A DNA stretch of 62,169 nucleotides, the filler included, from Porpidia crustulata (Eukaryota), in NCBI GenBank assembly GCA_964255105.1. It is 10 parts of 10 records of this genome, joined end to end, with 100 filler letters (N's around TTAATTAATTAA, not from the genome) between each part and the next. Parts side by side here need not be neighbours in the genome. Positions count along the whole stretch, not along the records: positions 24,984 to 31,111 come from CAXUWE010001627.1; positions 31,212 to 37,337 come from CAXUWE010001628.1; 8 more parts are not named here. One strand, given 5' to 3'. Of this stretch, positions 24,884-37,437 are shown piece after piece. Below the pieces are notes generated by a model. The model was not told where the DNA came from. It did not search any database and saw only the letters and a program-made list of their open reading frames with translations. The translations under genes and the position numbers were made by a program. Each line of letters opens with the position of its first letter. The first letter of the stretch is position 1.

Positions 24884-24983
24884 NNNNNNNNNNNNNNNNN
24901 NNNNNNNNNNNNNNNNNNNNNNNNNNNTTAATTAATTAANNNNNNNNNNNNNNNNNNNNNNNNNNNNNNNNNNNNNNNNNNNN
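24884..24983. other. Artificial contig linker
   Basis: N44-TTAATTAATTAA-N44. Confidence 0.98.
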
Positions 24984-26159
24984 GAGAGGGTCCAGGCGGT
25001 GGTGAGGGTGCCGGCGCCGACGACGACCCAGGCTTCGTCGCGGAGGCGGTGGATGGTTTTTTCGGAGTCGGGGAGGCTACTTTGGAGGATTTCGTGGAAG
25101 AGGGTGGGGTGGGTAAGACCTGAGGCTTTGGGGTGTGCTTTGATTTGGATGACTTGGTTTTCGACGGTCTGTGCATGGGGGTTAGATGCTTGGGTTTGGA
25201 TTGTGAAGTGGTTTGACCTACTTGCTGAAGCTGGTTGACCAGGACAAGCTCGGGTGCAACACGCCTTGCTATCCATTCCGGGAGGCTCTTGACGATATAA
25301 TATATCCAGATCATTTGCTTCATGAGAGCACCTAATTTACCCGCTGCCACCGATGTATCGTGGTAGGATGGAGCGAAGTCGATAGCTTCTGTTCGGTGGT
25401 CGGAGCGCCCATACGAGTATTGCTGAATGACATCTATAGATATATTGGTACTGAGGCAAGTATATGGAAAGAAAAGTGACCGAACAATTTCATCCAATAT
25501 GTGCTTCACCAGAACTTACCATTGGTATAGGCTGCGAAGGCGAGACTAATATTCATGACCTCTTCCTTTGCCTGCCCAAAACCTCTGATACGGTCAACCA
25601 AGCATTGTATTCTCTCGTCAATAATGGGTTGCAGTCTTCGAACACTAGCTTTCCCAAAAAACTTATTAAGCGCTGCTCTTCTGACTCTGTGGTGGCCATG
25701 TTCGACCGTCGAGAAACTGGCCCCAGCAGAGTCGAATTGTTTCGTGTACCATGCCCATTTGTCACGCTTTTCGCCGCTGGCGCTAGATGCATATAATTGT
25801 TCGTAAAACGTGGGTTCAGATATGTGCAGCTCATAAGGATTTATACGAATGATAGGACCGTAACGTTCGTGGAGATCTCGCATGTGCCAAACAAATTGCC
25901 CGTGACAGATGACGTCGTAGTAGAACTCATACCTGGAACACAAAATCAGTTCGTATTCTAAATCTGTGAGAAATAAGAGATTCTCTTGCCATAGCGATAG
26001 AGCTGCAAGTTTGGGACCTGGAAACCCAGCTATGGGACTGAAGTATAGTCGATGGACGGCTCCGGTAAATACAACACAGAAAATCAGGATAATGGAGATC
26101 AATAGCACAGAAGTGTATGATGGCACTTGAAAATATGAAGAAGAGGTCCAGGTAGCCAT
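24984..26159 (-). CDS. Cytochrome P450 (trichodiene oxygenase/CYP58-clan-like), 3'-truncated after the I-helix
   Basis: N-terminal membrane anchor, SPIAGFPGPKLAA, YGPIIRINPYELH, I-helix VVGAGTLTTAWTL; several introns including GC-AG 25989-25933. Confidence 0.9.
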
Positions 26160-27192
26160 GGCTTGCTTTACAGTACCAGAGCAACTCAGCGATCAAGGTA
26201 GAAAAGGCGAAAATGCTTCGCGTTCTGGACTCAACCAATAGCTGGTCCGCCAAAGATTGGGACTTGAAAAGTTGAGAAGCCTTTTCAATCTGGACGATCT
26301 ATTGTAATCGCTGAGGTCGAGCAATTTGCACAGCGTTGTTCAGAATCGACAATACAATAGCTTATTGACCGCATCTTTCTGTCGTTCTCGATGATCCCAA
26401 GCCAATGCTTGAGCCAACTCAAGCAAGTCTAGCTTTCTTTTTGCGCTCCCTGAGGCCCGTACGCTATGTGTGCTTAGGCCCATTGAGCGGCACGCTCGAT
26501 GAGTGATTCGATGAGTGATCCACTCACAGAAGACTACTGCTTTGTCTCGAACCTTATCCTGTAATCGACGCACCAACGATAAGAAGGCAGTCTTCAGTCT
26601 TCTTGTACGGTAAGACTTATCGCTGCGCCTAGAGACCGATCGATAGTTAAAGAACTCACAAAAGGTCCATCTACCAATCTAGTGTAGATACCCCACATGT
26701 GGGTTATCCATTCAAAACTGACTTCTCTGCCCATGGGACAGACTGGCTGCGGGCAGGCCATTCGGATCAACCCGTTGGGTTTATGCATGGCCGGGCTGGG
26801 TCTGAAAAGATTCCAAGCGTTCAACCAGACACCATCAAACGGTCGCATTAGCTGCTTTCTTTCTCCCGCTAGCCGTCCCGTTCTGTAGTAGAGCCTTTGG
26901 CAGGTGGTCTCGTCGAGAGATATGCTGAACACAGCACAGCGATGCTTCCAGAATTATTGCGAAATACATACTCGATTCAACCCAGTCGTAAGACACATAT
27001 GTAGTGAATTGTATAAACATGCAAGATGTGTGTACAACGAGTATGATACGGCTGATAGAATTGTATAAGTGCTGTGTATTAGTATATGTTATCACGAACG
27101 ACGGTTCAAGCGAGTATGGACCGCCGGCTCGATCCATTCTGCCTCAATCACTATCTTCCAGGAAATCGCACACACTACTGCACATCAACTCT

Positions 27193-27726
27193 TCACACCT
27201 TATCCGGATCCGCCGACACCGTCTTCTCCACCAATTTGGCATCCGCCTTCTTTCTCGCCTCTTGCACCTTCCCTAAGAACCCATCTTCGCCCGCCGACTT
27301 ATTGGTCTGATGATCCCACTCCTCATCATGCTTCTCAATCTTCCCTTCCGAGTTGAAGTGTAGCGTCACCTTCGAGTTAACCGTCTTCTCTGCGCCCTTG
27401 GACTTGAACGGAATGGGCGACTTGAAGACGTAGTGCTGGATGAGGCTGAGGGCTAGGGCGTTGGGCGGTGCATCAACGAGAACGTCGCACTTTTGCGTAG
27501 TGGATTGGGCGAAGAGTTTGGGCATGCCGTTAAATTGAGATTTGACGCTATCGAGGCCCTTGGCGATGCTAACGGGATCGTGGAAGACTGCAGTGGGGGC
27601 GTAGTGGGAGTAGGCTTGCTCGCTCGGCTTTAGCTGGTAGAGCAGGAGGATGTCGTCGATAAGCTGTCTTTCACTGGCGGTGGGGGTACGTGAAACGTGC
27701 ACGCCGGCTGAGGACTCGGTCGCCAT
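27193..27726 (-). CDS. NTF2/SnoaL-like fold protein (177 aa)
   Basis: YAPTAVFHDPV..AKGLDSVKSQF and GKIEKHDEEWD are typical of this fold; intronless ATG-started ORF. Confidence 0.75.
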   Translation of the reverse strand: MATESSAGVHVSRTPTASERQLIDDILLLYQLKPSEQAYSHYAPTAVFHDPVSIAKGLDSVKSQFNGMPKLFAQSTTQKCDVLVDAPPNALALSLIQHYVFKSPIPFKSKGAEKTVNSKVTLHFNSEGKIEKHDEEWDHQTNKSAGEDGFLGKVQEARKKADAKLVEKTVSADPDKV

Positions 27727-28341
27727 GATTACGATGACTTTGCTAAGCAGGAGGCGAAGGTAGGATTATAGATTAATGTTGATTGACATAAATGACCGTT
27801 GAATATCTGTAAGTGCAGTTGTCGAAGCTGCTACTGATGACGTGAACAATGAAGGCACCAAATTTGATGAAATATGGCAGACCTCGGCTCTATTCGGGTA
27901 CATTACAACTTCCATTGCTGGAACTACACAAAGGACAGCAGATTATGATCTACGAGCATCTGGCACCCAATTGTTTTCTCTCACTGGCACAAATCATGCG
28001 CGGAAGGAGAACAGCGTAACGGACCGCGCACACGTATATAGCTCCTCGTTCAATTTCCCACTCTCAATCCAAAATATACCCAACCGGATCAGTCAATACC
28101 ACGTTGGACCTTTCAGCCTACTGGATTTACGACCCCAATCCCACTCGTGATGCCGAGAACGAGGTTTCCCGTTCTTGGTCAAGTCGATTGAAATTGCTGC
28201 GATGCAGCACGGAAGGGAGTGTCGCCCAGAGTCGTATCTGACTCAGTCTATCAGAGCAGAAAATCAACAAGAGCTACTACTGAGATGGAAGTACTTGATT
28301 AGAATACGCCCGACTAGTCATTGGACTGTCGCAGTAAAGAC

Positions 28342-28382
28342 CCCCGTACTCGAGTACCCCGTGCTCGAGTTCCCCGTGCTGG
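28342..28382. repeat. 15-bp tandem repeat, about 2.7 copies (CCCCGTRCTCGAGTW)
   Basis: ccccgtactcgagta ccccgtgctcgagtt ccccgtgctgg. Confidence 0.8.
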
Positions 28383-28409
28383 TGAAGCGACTGCGGCTGA
28401 AACTCTAGA

Positions 28410-29970
28410 TCATTTCTTCTCAGTCTGCGTTGGTGTTATTCTGCGGTCCTGTGTTGGATTTGCGGTTCTGCTATTCAGCATGTCGACCGAAAGTATCTCA
28501 GATTGAGCTCTGCTTGGTCCGGGCGTTGGCTTCTTGCTCTCTGGTTTTATTTTTGTTTGTCCATGCCGGTAGAACTCTTCCTGTTCTCGCAATCTTATGC
28601 CCTCGGAATCGCCTTCCAGCTTGTGCATGATGGCTTTCGCTGCGTCCTTGAGCAAGGGGTGCAATTTACCTGCTCCGTATATCACTAGAATTCTCTCAAA
28701 TATTTCTAGAACAGTTCTCCGATCAAATTTTTATCCCTTAATAATCCTGTGAAATTCTCGACACTCGAACTTCAAGGGATAGCCAGCTGTGATGAAACCT
28801 TTATCGGCTTCGACCGCAGGTTTTTTACTTGCTTTATGAATCCGAATCAACGATCCCTCGGTGTTGGCTACCACCGAGAAGAATCGCACTTGATCAAAAA
28901 AATGTTTTCGTGTTCTCCTCCAGCATCGCGAAAAAACTCGAACATGTTGTACAACGCCTGACTTGCGTTGTTCAGACTCTGAAGTCCTCCAACCGAGTCA
29001 TCGGTGCCAATGTTTGCCTTTTTGGCTTCTATTGTAAAGAAATGAAACACTCTTGTTTCCTTTTCCTGGATCAGATTCTCGAAGCAGGCAAGGCGCTTTG
29101 TTGAAGTAGGCATATTCCACCATGAATCATCCTCTATCAAGGCTTGTCGACGAAAACACACAGCAAGATCAGGTCTAGGCTGCGTCAGGAATGCGGTCAT
29201 TCTTTCGTACGCTCGCGTTGGCATTGGCGGACAAGCCCATGGTTCTTCAACACTAAAATAAAGACAATCTTGAGGATTTGTGTCACTCCCATAGACAAAG
29301 AAATGTCGCGCAATCAAGTTCATCATCAGGATTCGTTGAAAAAGCGCCTCGCTGGACCCCTGTCCACATTTAGCCTGATCGAAGATCCAAAGCTGTCCGT
29401 ATAGATGTTTTTCATCATCGGTTTCCGCGACGGATGTCTTTGGGAGTAACTGCTTCACGATGTCTGCCTGCAGGTCCGGATCCTTGCTTTCGCGCAGAGA
29501 AACATTTCGGAAGCCAAGGCCAACAGCGAACATGGGTGAGTCCGTATTTATTCTGGACCTTCGAATCGCCATTTCTGGGTTAGCAATGATTGCATCCACC
29601 AAAGCCGCTGCTTCTTCATCCAGAGGCGGTAGATAACCCCAGGCACGGTAAAAGGTTTGTTCTGGATCTATATCCTCCGTCAACTGAGTTGTATCTTCGC
29701 TGGAAGAGTCTCGAAGAGTTGTTTGACTGATGCGAATTTGATTTTCAGCAAACGCTGTCTTTATACTTTTCACAAGGGCATGGGACTGATCATGAGTCAG
29801 AATATCCTGACGGCTCTCGATCTTCGCCTCCTTCGATTTCCGAGCTTTACGGCTCTTTGTGAGAGGCAAATCTGGGTCTTCTACGAATAGAAGAACCGTA
29901 GAGGGTCCTGATCTAAGACCAACTCTTGCGCCAGGGCGGGTGGTAGCACTAGGTTTTGGGTTGACTACCG
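28410..29970 (-). pseudogene. Disrupted PD-(D/E)XK-nuclease-like fungal gene (one frameshift and one nonsense codon)
   Basis: QPRPDLAV..F..FFTIEAKK..QSLNNASQAL motif order. A frameshift at the A7 run 28896-28902 restores FFDQVRFFSVVA..IRIHKA; in-frame TAA at 28733-28731; the frame then continues into ORF 28410..28685. The 5' end is uncertain. Confidence 0.65.
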
Positions 29971-31111
29971 ACTATCAATAGTTAGAATATGTTCCATACC
30001 GATCAAAATTCCGGAATCCTAAAGTAAACAAACAACAATCAACAAACAAAAATAATTAACAACTAATTAAATCTTAACAACAGTTGGTTAATAAATAAGT
30101 AACAAATTTACCGCAAATCAACTGTCAAAATTCTCTTCATTAGCGACGATGCTTCCAAGAAGGCAATATTGGTCACTACACGCGGGCTGCCCGTCACTAG
30201 CTATCCCATATTACCAATCCGGTATGAGTTTCATAGTCAAGAAGTATGTGGTACATTTGACCGCCTCTCCGGAATTAGAGACTCAGATCAACCCTACGAT
30301 AGAAAGAGCGACAACATGAAGTCTGAATGCAAACCAAGACCTCGCGGTAAGACCGGCAGATATGTCACTCATGTCAGAAGTAAATCTCCCGTTTGTGAGA
30401 GCCTGTATCTTGATAAACCAAGGCTACATACCTCTTTCAAGGCGAATAAAGGAGGTAATGCGCCAGGATTTAAAAGCCTCTCTAAAGGTACGATCCCTAG
30501 CTAGGGTCTCTCGTCCAGCAAGACACTCGTCATGATAATCTTATTTCAGCCGCTTCGGCTCTTTTCCTTTATCCCAGTGTTGTTGTGCCGCGTTTGATGG
30601 TTTTCTCCAACCAGAAGTGAAAGATGACGCTATTACTTAGCTCACATGGAATCCCTACAGTGAGACAAGCAGTACAGTTGCAGCAAAGAATACTTCCGAG
30701 ACACTGCTTTCTGCACACCGCTTTCCGCCTCACAATTCAGTGGGCGTACGTACGGACAATCGATTTGATTTCACCCCTCTATCTGATTCCTGATGCCTCA
30801 ATAAACCTTCTTGACTAACCTTGCAGTCAGGATCACAGGATTGTGGTTTGCCATGACAAATTCGGACGACCAGAAGATCAGTGATAGGTAGATTTAATGC
30901 AGCTAGTAACCATTCGAAACGGTCCGAGGACATTACAGAGTCGATCTTCTCTAGCCCAGGAGTAGTAATATATCTTTGATCTCAATCTCATAATAATTAC
31001 ACCGAGCAAAAATTTGCTAGGAGTTTGGGATATAGAATATTTCTGCAATCGAAGTTTCATGAAGGCTTTGGGAGGAGTGTTGGTTTACTTCAAGACTATG
31101 GTGTCTTCTAC

Positions 31112-31211
31112 NNNNNNNNNNNNNNNNNNNNNNNNNNNNNNNNNNNNNNNNNNNNTTAATTAATTAANNNNNNNNNNNNNNNNNNNNNNNNNNNNNNNNN
31201 NNNNNNNNNNN
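31112..31211. other. Artificial contig linker
   Basis: N44-TTAATTAATTAA-N44. Confidence 0.98.
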
Positions 31212-31229
31212 GTTCAGAGAGCGTGTGAG

Positions 31230-31659
31230 CTATAACGGCCTTCGGGAGGTAGGGGAGAGACGGCGTACGGGGTGGCCATGGGCAGAACAGGAGGTTTCTT
31301 GCTCTCCACAAAGAGATGACGAATCGGTCTTTGGTGGGAATGACTCTTGAGGCTCATTAAAGGGGAAAAGAGCCTGGGAAGCTGGCAATGAGGAACGTCG
31401 ATCGAATGACCGAGAAAGACTTACGGCAGCCGAGACATTGTTACTATTGGCCGCTGCAGCAGATATAGAGGCGAGAAAGACGAAATGTAAGGTGTGAACC
31501 ATGGCGCCGCCAGCAGCGGTTGCAATTCTGTAATGATACCGGGGTCGTTACGATCTCGGGGATAAAGATTTGGGTCTTGTTGTAGCATAGGGAGCGTTCG
31601 ATTGGTGCCGCTAGGCCAGCTAGAGGCGCACAGAAGAGGAAGAGTGTGATCAAGTGCAT
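31230..31659 (-). other. Possible small secreted protein gene or relic; reading frame ambiguous
   Basis: Two signal-like starts in different frames: MHLITLFLFCAPLAGLAAP (31659) and MVHTLHFVFLASISAAAA (31502). Confidence 0.3.
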
Positions 31660-32456
31660 TGCTTGGAGGCTGTGAATAGACGATAGAGAGTATGGATAAC
31701 TGCAAGCGGAAGCCTGTAGAGAACTGAACACGGAACAATGATACAGTTGGAAAGTAGGGGAGATCATGGTAAGCAAAGCTCTTTCCAGTCTTTCGCTGTG
31801 AAGAAGAAGTTACTGGTGATCTGAGAACAGCGGTCGCGAATGCTCTTTTCATATTCTACAAATTTTAACTTCTTGAGACCAAAGAAGCAGAATTTGAGCA
31901 AAAAACAACCAGAGAAATGGAAATAGTGGCTTAGCATGATGCTTCAAAGTCATCTGAAAACCACTATCACGTTCCTTCTTTTTTTCCGTTAACATCCTAT
32001 TTGACTCCGAACCAAATCAGTCTATCCACATGGAGTGTGCTTTGTTGACAGTTCATGACGCTCGCGCTTGGCGACTGACGCGAGGAATGTGACTGCGTGC
32101 GGATAATGACTACATCCGGAGCATATGATTGCCACTGTGTATAGCCATCATAGATTTTCACAAGTCGATAGGTCTTGAACACACTCAGAGGGGGGGCATG
32201 TGTCAATTCTGTTGTTGCAAATGATGGAAGTCATCGTGTAGAGAAGGCGTTTCATAACGCCTACCCCCGTACACAGGGCTGAGCCTCGGCACCTTCTAGC
32301 TCATTTGTTCAACCAGCGGGCCAACGTTCATAATGACCGACGAGTACAAATGTCCCGCGTCTTTTATTTGACCCCGGGTCTCTGCCCTCTCGTCCCATCT
32401 TCTTGTCGAGGACATAGCCAAGCCTGATTGTTCTATTCCTAAGCCTACGAGATCCA

Positions 32457-34660
32457 ATGGCTCCTTCATGGGTAGAGAAGCTCACTCCCAGTGGCCCCCA
32501 GGGCAGCGAACTGCTTTCACAAGAACGGGATCAGTCGAATATCTCCGTGCAGAAGCTTTCCGAGTTTCTGTTCACCAAAGAGGCTTTAGACCGGCAAGAA
32601 CGAATACTGAAAGTACTTCAGTCCGAAAAGGCATACGACAAATCCGCCAACTACTTCGATGGCAGGGTGGAGCGGTTTCAGACTGCTTTGGCCCGTGCAA
32701 AGCGGCTACAGCAGTTGACCGTCAAGCATAAGTGGTCAAAGGACGAGTTCATGGTAGCCAACGAGCTTGTCAGCGAACCGGGGCCATACGGATTGCATGC
32801 TAGCATGTTCTTGGTGGGCTAATACTCTACCCACCTGCTCCACGTATATTTTGGGCGCTGACGAAGTGATTAGATTACCCTCCGCGATCAAGGTACACCA
32901 GAGCAACACAAGCTTTTTCTGGAAAAGGCCGAGAAATACGAGTACATAGGTTGCTATGCACAGACAGAATTAGGACATGGATCCAACGTTCGAGGCCTAG
33001 AAACAACCGCAACCTGGGATCCCACAGACAAATCCTTTGTCATCCACTCACCACATCTGACGGCATCAAAATGGTGGATTGGATCTCTTGGGCGTACAGC
33101 AAATCATGCCGTGGTAATGGCCCAGCTCATGATCGATGGTAAAAGCTACGGACCACACCCATTCGTGGTTCAGATACGGGATCTAAAAACTCATGAGCCT
33201 TTGGAGAACATTCACGTTGGTGACATTGGACCGAAGTTTGGCTACAATACTATGGACAATGGATTTCTCCTTTTAAACCATGTCAAGATCCCTCACGTGA
33301 ATATGCTGGCCAGATTTTCGGGAGTCGACCCGGCAACTAATAAGTACGTGAAACCTGCTTCAGCGTCCCTGGTCTATGGGACTCTGACTTGGGTACGGAG
33401 CACAATTGTACTTCAATCAGGCGGCGTGCTTGCCAGAGGGGTTACCATTGCAACAAGGTATTGTGCTATCAGGCGGCAGTTCCAGGACAGGGATGCTAAG
33501 GAATGGGAGACTGGAGAGAACCAAGTCCTCAATTATACTATGGTCCAAATCCGGCTTCTGCCTCTTCTGGCTGCAACATTTGCTTTGCACTTCACTGGTC
33601 GTGGAATGATGGCGCTTTACCAGGAGAACCAGAACAAGATGGCCGGAGACGTAGGCAAGATAGCTTCAACAAATCGAGGACCTAGCCCTGAGGAGCTTTT
33701 CCCAACGACAGATCTCCTAGCAGACTTACATGCCACATCTTGTGGGCTCAAGGCTCTTGGGAGTACTACTGCTGCTGAAGGCCTAGAAGTCTGCAGAAGA
33801 GCATGCGGAGGTCACGGTTACAGTAGCTTTAGCGGCATAGGCTCATGGTATGCGGATTACCTGCCGACGACAACTTGGGAGGGCGACAACTACATGCTGA
33901 CCCAGCAAGTTGCAAGATATGTGAGTAATTAATCTTTCTTCAGCGGCCACTTACCTCTAACAAGCAACAGCTTCTCAAATCAGCTCGTGCTGTCCTCAAA
34001 GGTAAAGCTTCCGACAATGGTACTAGTAGAATATTTAGGAATTTCCTGGCGCGTCGTGACATGGGCGCTGCATTTGATGTCCTTGGCCTTGACGAGGACA
34101 TTGTCGCCGCTTTCGCATGGCGTACCTCATTCCTCACATTTGAAGCCCTCAAGCACCGCGACGAAGAGAAAGGGTCATGGAATAGCCTGCTCGTTGATTT
34201 CTGGCGCCTAAGTACGGCGCATAGTCAGTATCTTGTTGTCAAAAACTTCTACGAGGCCCTACGTACCGACGAAATCGCTGCCTCACTCGACCCTGAGACT
34301 ATCGGACTTCTGCACAAGCTCTTCCGCTTATATGCATTACATACTCTCGAGCAGGAAGCCTCGGAGTTCTTCTCCAGCAGCGCAGTTACAGTTCGCCAGA
34401 TTCAACTCGCGCGGACAAAGGCCGTCATGAAGCTTCTAGAAGAGATCAGACCTCACGCACTGAGACTTGTGGATGCATGGCAATTCCCAGATTGGCAACT
34501 GGACAGTAGCTTAGGCAGGTATGATGGAAAAGTCTATGAGGACCTATTCAAGCGGGCGAGCGAGCTGAATCCATTGAACGCTTTAACTATTGACCCATAC
34601 CCGGATAGCAGTGTATTAGTGAAAAGGGATACCAGGGAGGGCTTCAAGAGTAAGCTTTGA
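32457..34660 (+). CDS. POX1: Peroxisomal acyl-CoA oxidase
   Basis: GCYAQTELGHGSNV, KWWIGSLG, RRACGGHGYS, TWEGDN and C-terminal SKL (PTS1); introns 32814-32873 and 33921-33970. Confidence 0.95.
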
Positions 34661-35117
34661 AGCTTGCCATGAGGAGTAGAGGAACCTTGGTACATAGGTG
34701 TTGGCTTTTGTATTGGGCTTTGTACATATAGATATTAGTGGATTCGTACGAAGCACGAAAGCAAATTGTACATAGAGAGGATTCCATGATTATCCTTCCT
34801 GAAAAGGCATGCTCATAAATACTTCACTTCTGTTAGCTCAAGTAGACTTTGAAAATCCTCTCTCACTTTATCGCCATTTCTTGCCCCCTTTTAGTTGTCT
34901 ATGTGTATACCTCTATGATCTGTATATCTTTCTTCCTGGTCGTGCCCCTATTCCTCTGAACGGGTCGTTCGTACGGCGCTAATAGACTTATTTAAGTAGT
35001 GGTACTGTATTGGTGTATTATAAACATCATGACGTACATTGCCTATCTGAGGCAGGTAATCCCATGTTGCGCTGCAAGTGATCGGGAGATGAAGTCTGCA
35101 GTATAGTAATAATCCTA

Positions 35118-37337
35118 ATGCAATCTTCTACAGGACTTACTATCACCAACCCCCTTGTATTGTATCGGGCCTTGCTGGCTACAAAGCGAATTGACCCAGA
35201 TCCAGCCCAACATCGGCTCGCCCTCCACCTCCAGAAGCTCTATCACCGTCTCAAAGACTACGAGCCCGAAGTAGACTTCAGTCATCGTCTCAATCAACTG
35301 AATCGTGCTTTTGGAAAGCCACCGTCAACTCCAAAGGGGGCAGGAGATCATGATGTCTCACGAGGAGTTGAGAAATCCCAGGGGATCTTCTCTTCTCTCA
35401 GAGGACAGAGAGAGAATGCAGGTGCAATGGCTCTCACCAAGAAGCTGACGAATCATGAGGCTGCGATCCAACTACAATCACCTCAAGGTCTGTTACTCTA
35501 TGGCGAAGTGGGAACGGGGAAAAGCATGTTAGTTGACTTACTTGCGGATTGTCTGCCCAATCGGATGAAGAGACGATGGCATTTCAATACCTTCATGCTG
35601 GAAACTTTTGCAAGGCTTGAACAGTTGCGAAGAAGTAAATTACTATCTCCATCTCTGGCACTACAAGGCGGGCAAAATGAAGAGCACTCTCTTTTATGGC
35701 TAGCTAGAGATATGATATCAACTTCCCCAATTATATTTCTAGACGAGTTTCAATTACCTGACCGCGCTGCTTCAAAGATACTGTCAAATCTTTTCACATC
35801 ATTCTTTCATCTCGGGGGTGTTCTGATTGCGACGAGTAATCGTATGCCAGAGGAATTAGCGAACGCGTCTGGAATTGAATTTACAGCTCCGCCTGCTTCA
35901 CGGGTTGGATTATTTGGGAATCGATGGGGTTTACTGGGTTCCGGGAAAGGTACCGATGGCGGACGAAGTGAAAGCATGTTCTCTGGAAAAGGAGATTTTG
36001 CAGCTTTTCTGGATGTTCTACGGGCTAGGTGTGAGATTTGGGATATGGAGGGTGGCAAAGATTGGAGACGGCGAGAAGCAGAAGAAGAAGTGCAAACCAA
36101 ACCTAGTCTAGGTGACGAGGGTACAGCTCACGATGATAAAAGAGGATTCGAAGGCCTCGAATCAATGGCCCCTGGCAACCTAGGTCTAACTTATGAACAG
36201 AGCCTGCACACAAAATCTCATGAGGTATCTACAAAAGACAAGGAATTAGCGAAGAATTTGTTACCAAGGAACTTTCATCTGATCCCTCCATCGTCAGCAT
36301 CGGAGTCTGTAAAAGAACAAGCGAACCAAACTTGGCAGAACGTGTTACATCGTGCCGTCTTCAACTGCGAAGACTTGTCAACGGTCCCTGCTAGAATCGA
36401 CTGGGAGAGCATCTCACTTCGAATCTATGGTCGTAATCTTCTTGTGCCTCGCCAACGATCTGGCGTCATGTACTGGACATTTTCTGAGCTCTGCACAACT
36501 AATCTCGGCCCTGCAGACTATATTACCCTGGCTTCCACCTTTCACACCCTAGTGTTGACGGATGTCCCAGTCCTGACCCTCCTCCATAAGAATGAAGCTC
36601 GTCGACTGATTACACTCCTTGACGCCTTGTACGAGGCGCGCTGCAAACTTCTCATTCGTGCCGAAGCTGGTCCTGATGACCTGTTCTTCCCTGAAACGCA
36701 GCGACCGTCGAAAGGAAGAGAAACCGCCTCCACTGATGATAGCGTCTACTCAGAAACCCTCTCAGAAATATATCAAGACCAAACCTCGCCATTCCGCCCA
36801 AACATTTCATCTTATACTTCCTCGGCCTCCCCACCTGCCTACGACTTAATCCCCGTGCCCTCCGCGCCTTTTCAACGTACCTCATCCCCCTCCACTCGTT
36901 CCATCCTAGCCAACGAGGACAGCGACTTCGGCCCCGTCTACGGCGCTGGCCGCTCACCCAACTCCCGCTTCCGTGGCCTCAGCGACGGTGTCCCCGGCAC
37001 CGGGAACGAGATCGGCAGACAGGAAAGTCCCGACTTCGGACGCACCGGCAGCTTCACCGGCGAAGACGAGAAATTTGCCTATAAGCGCGCGCGAAGCCGC
37101 TTGTGGGAGATGTGCGGGAAGCGCTGGTGGGACCGAGACGAAGAAGGCTGGTGGCGGCCCGTCGGCAAGGCGGTCAGGAGATGGGAAAGCGAAGTCGCAG
37201 ATCCGGCCACCAGCCAGGAGTGCATCGTCGTAGCGGCCGAAAGCCAACCCGAAAGATCAACAGAGGATCCGCTGACGCAGACGAGCCCGTTCCGCACCAG
37301 CCGAGAACCTCCGCCGAAGATCGGGTGGGTGCACGCG
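35118..37337 (+). CDS. AFG1/ZapE-family ATPase with long insertions; 3'-truncated
   Basis: Walker A GEVGTGKS, RWHFNTFM, Walker B FLDEFQ, ATSNR, GPADY, EARRLITLLDALYE, GEDEKFAYKRARSRL. Confidence 0.9.
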
Positions 37338-37437
37338 NNNNNNNNNNNNNNNNNNNNNNNNNNNNNNNNNNNNNNNNNNNNTTAATTAATTAANNNNNNN
37401 NNNNNNNNNNNNNNNNNNNNNNNNNNNNNNNNNNNNN
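37338..37437. other. Artificial contig linker
   Basis: N44-TTAATTAATTAA-N44. Confidence 0.98.
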
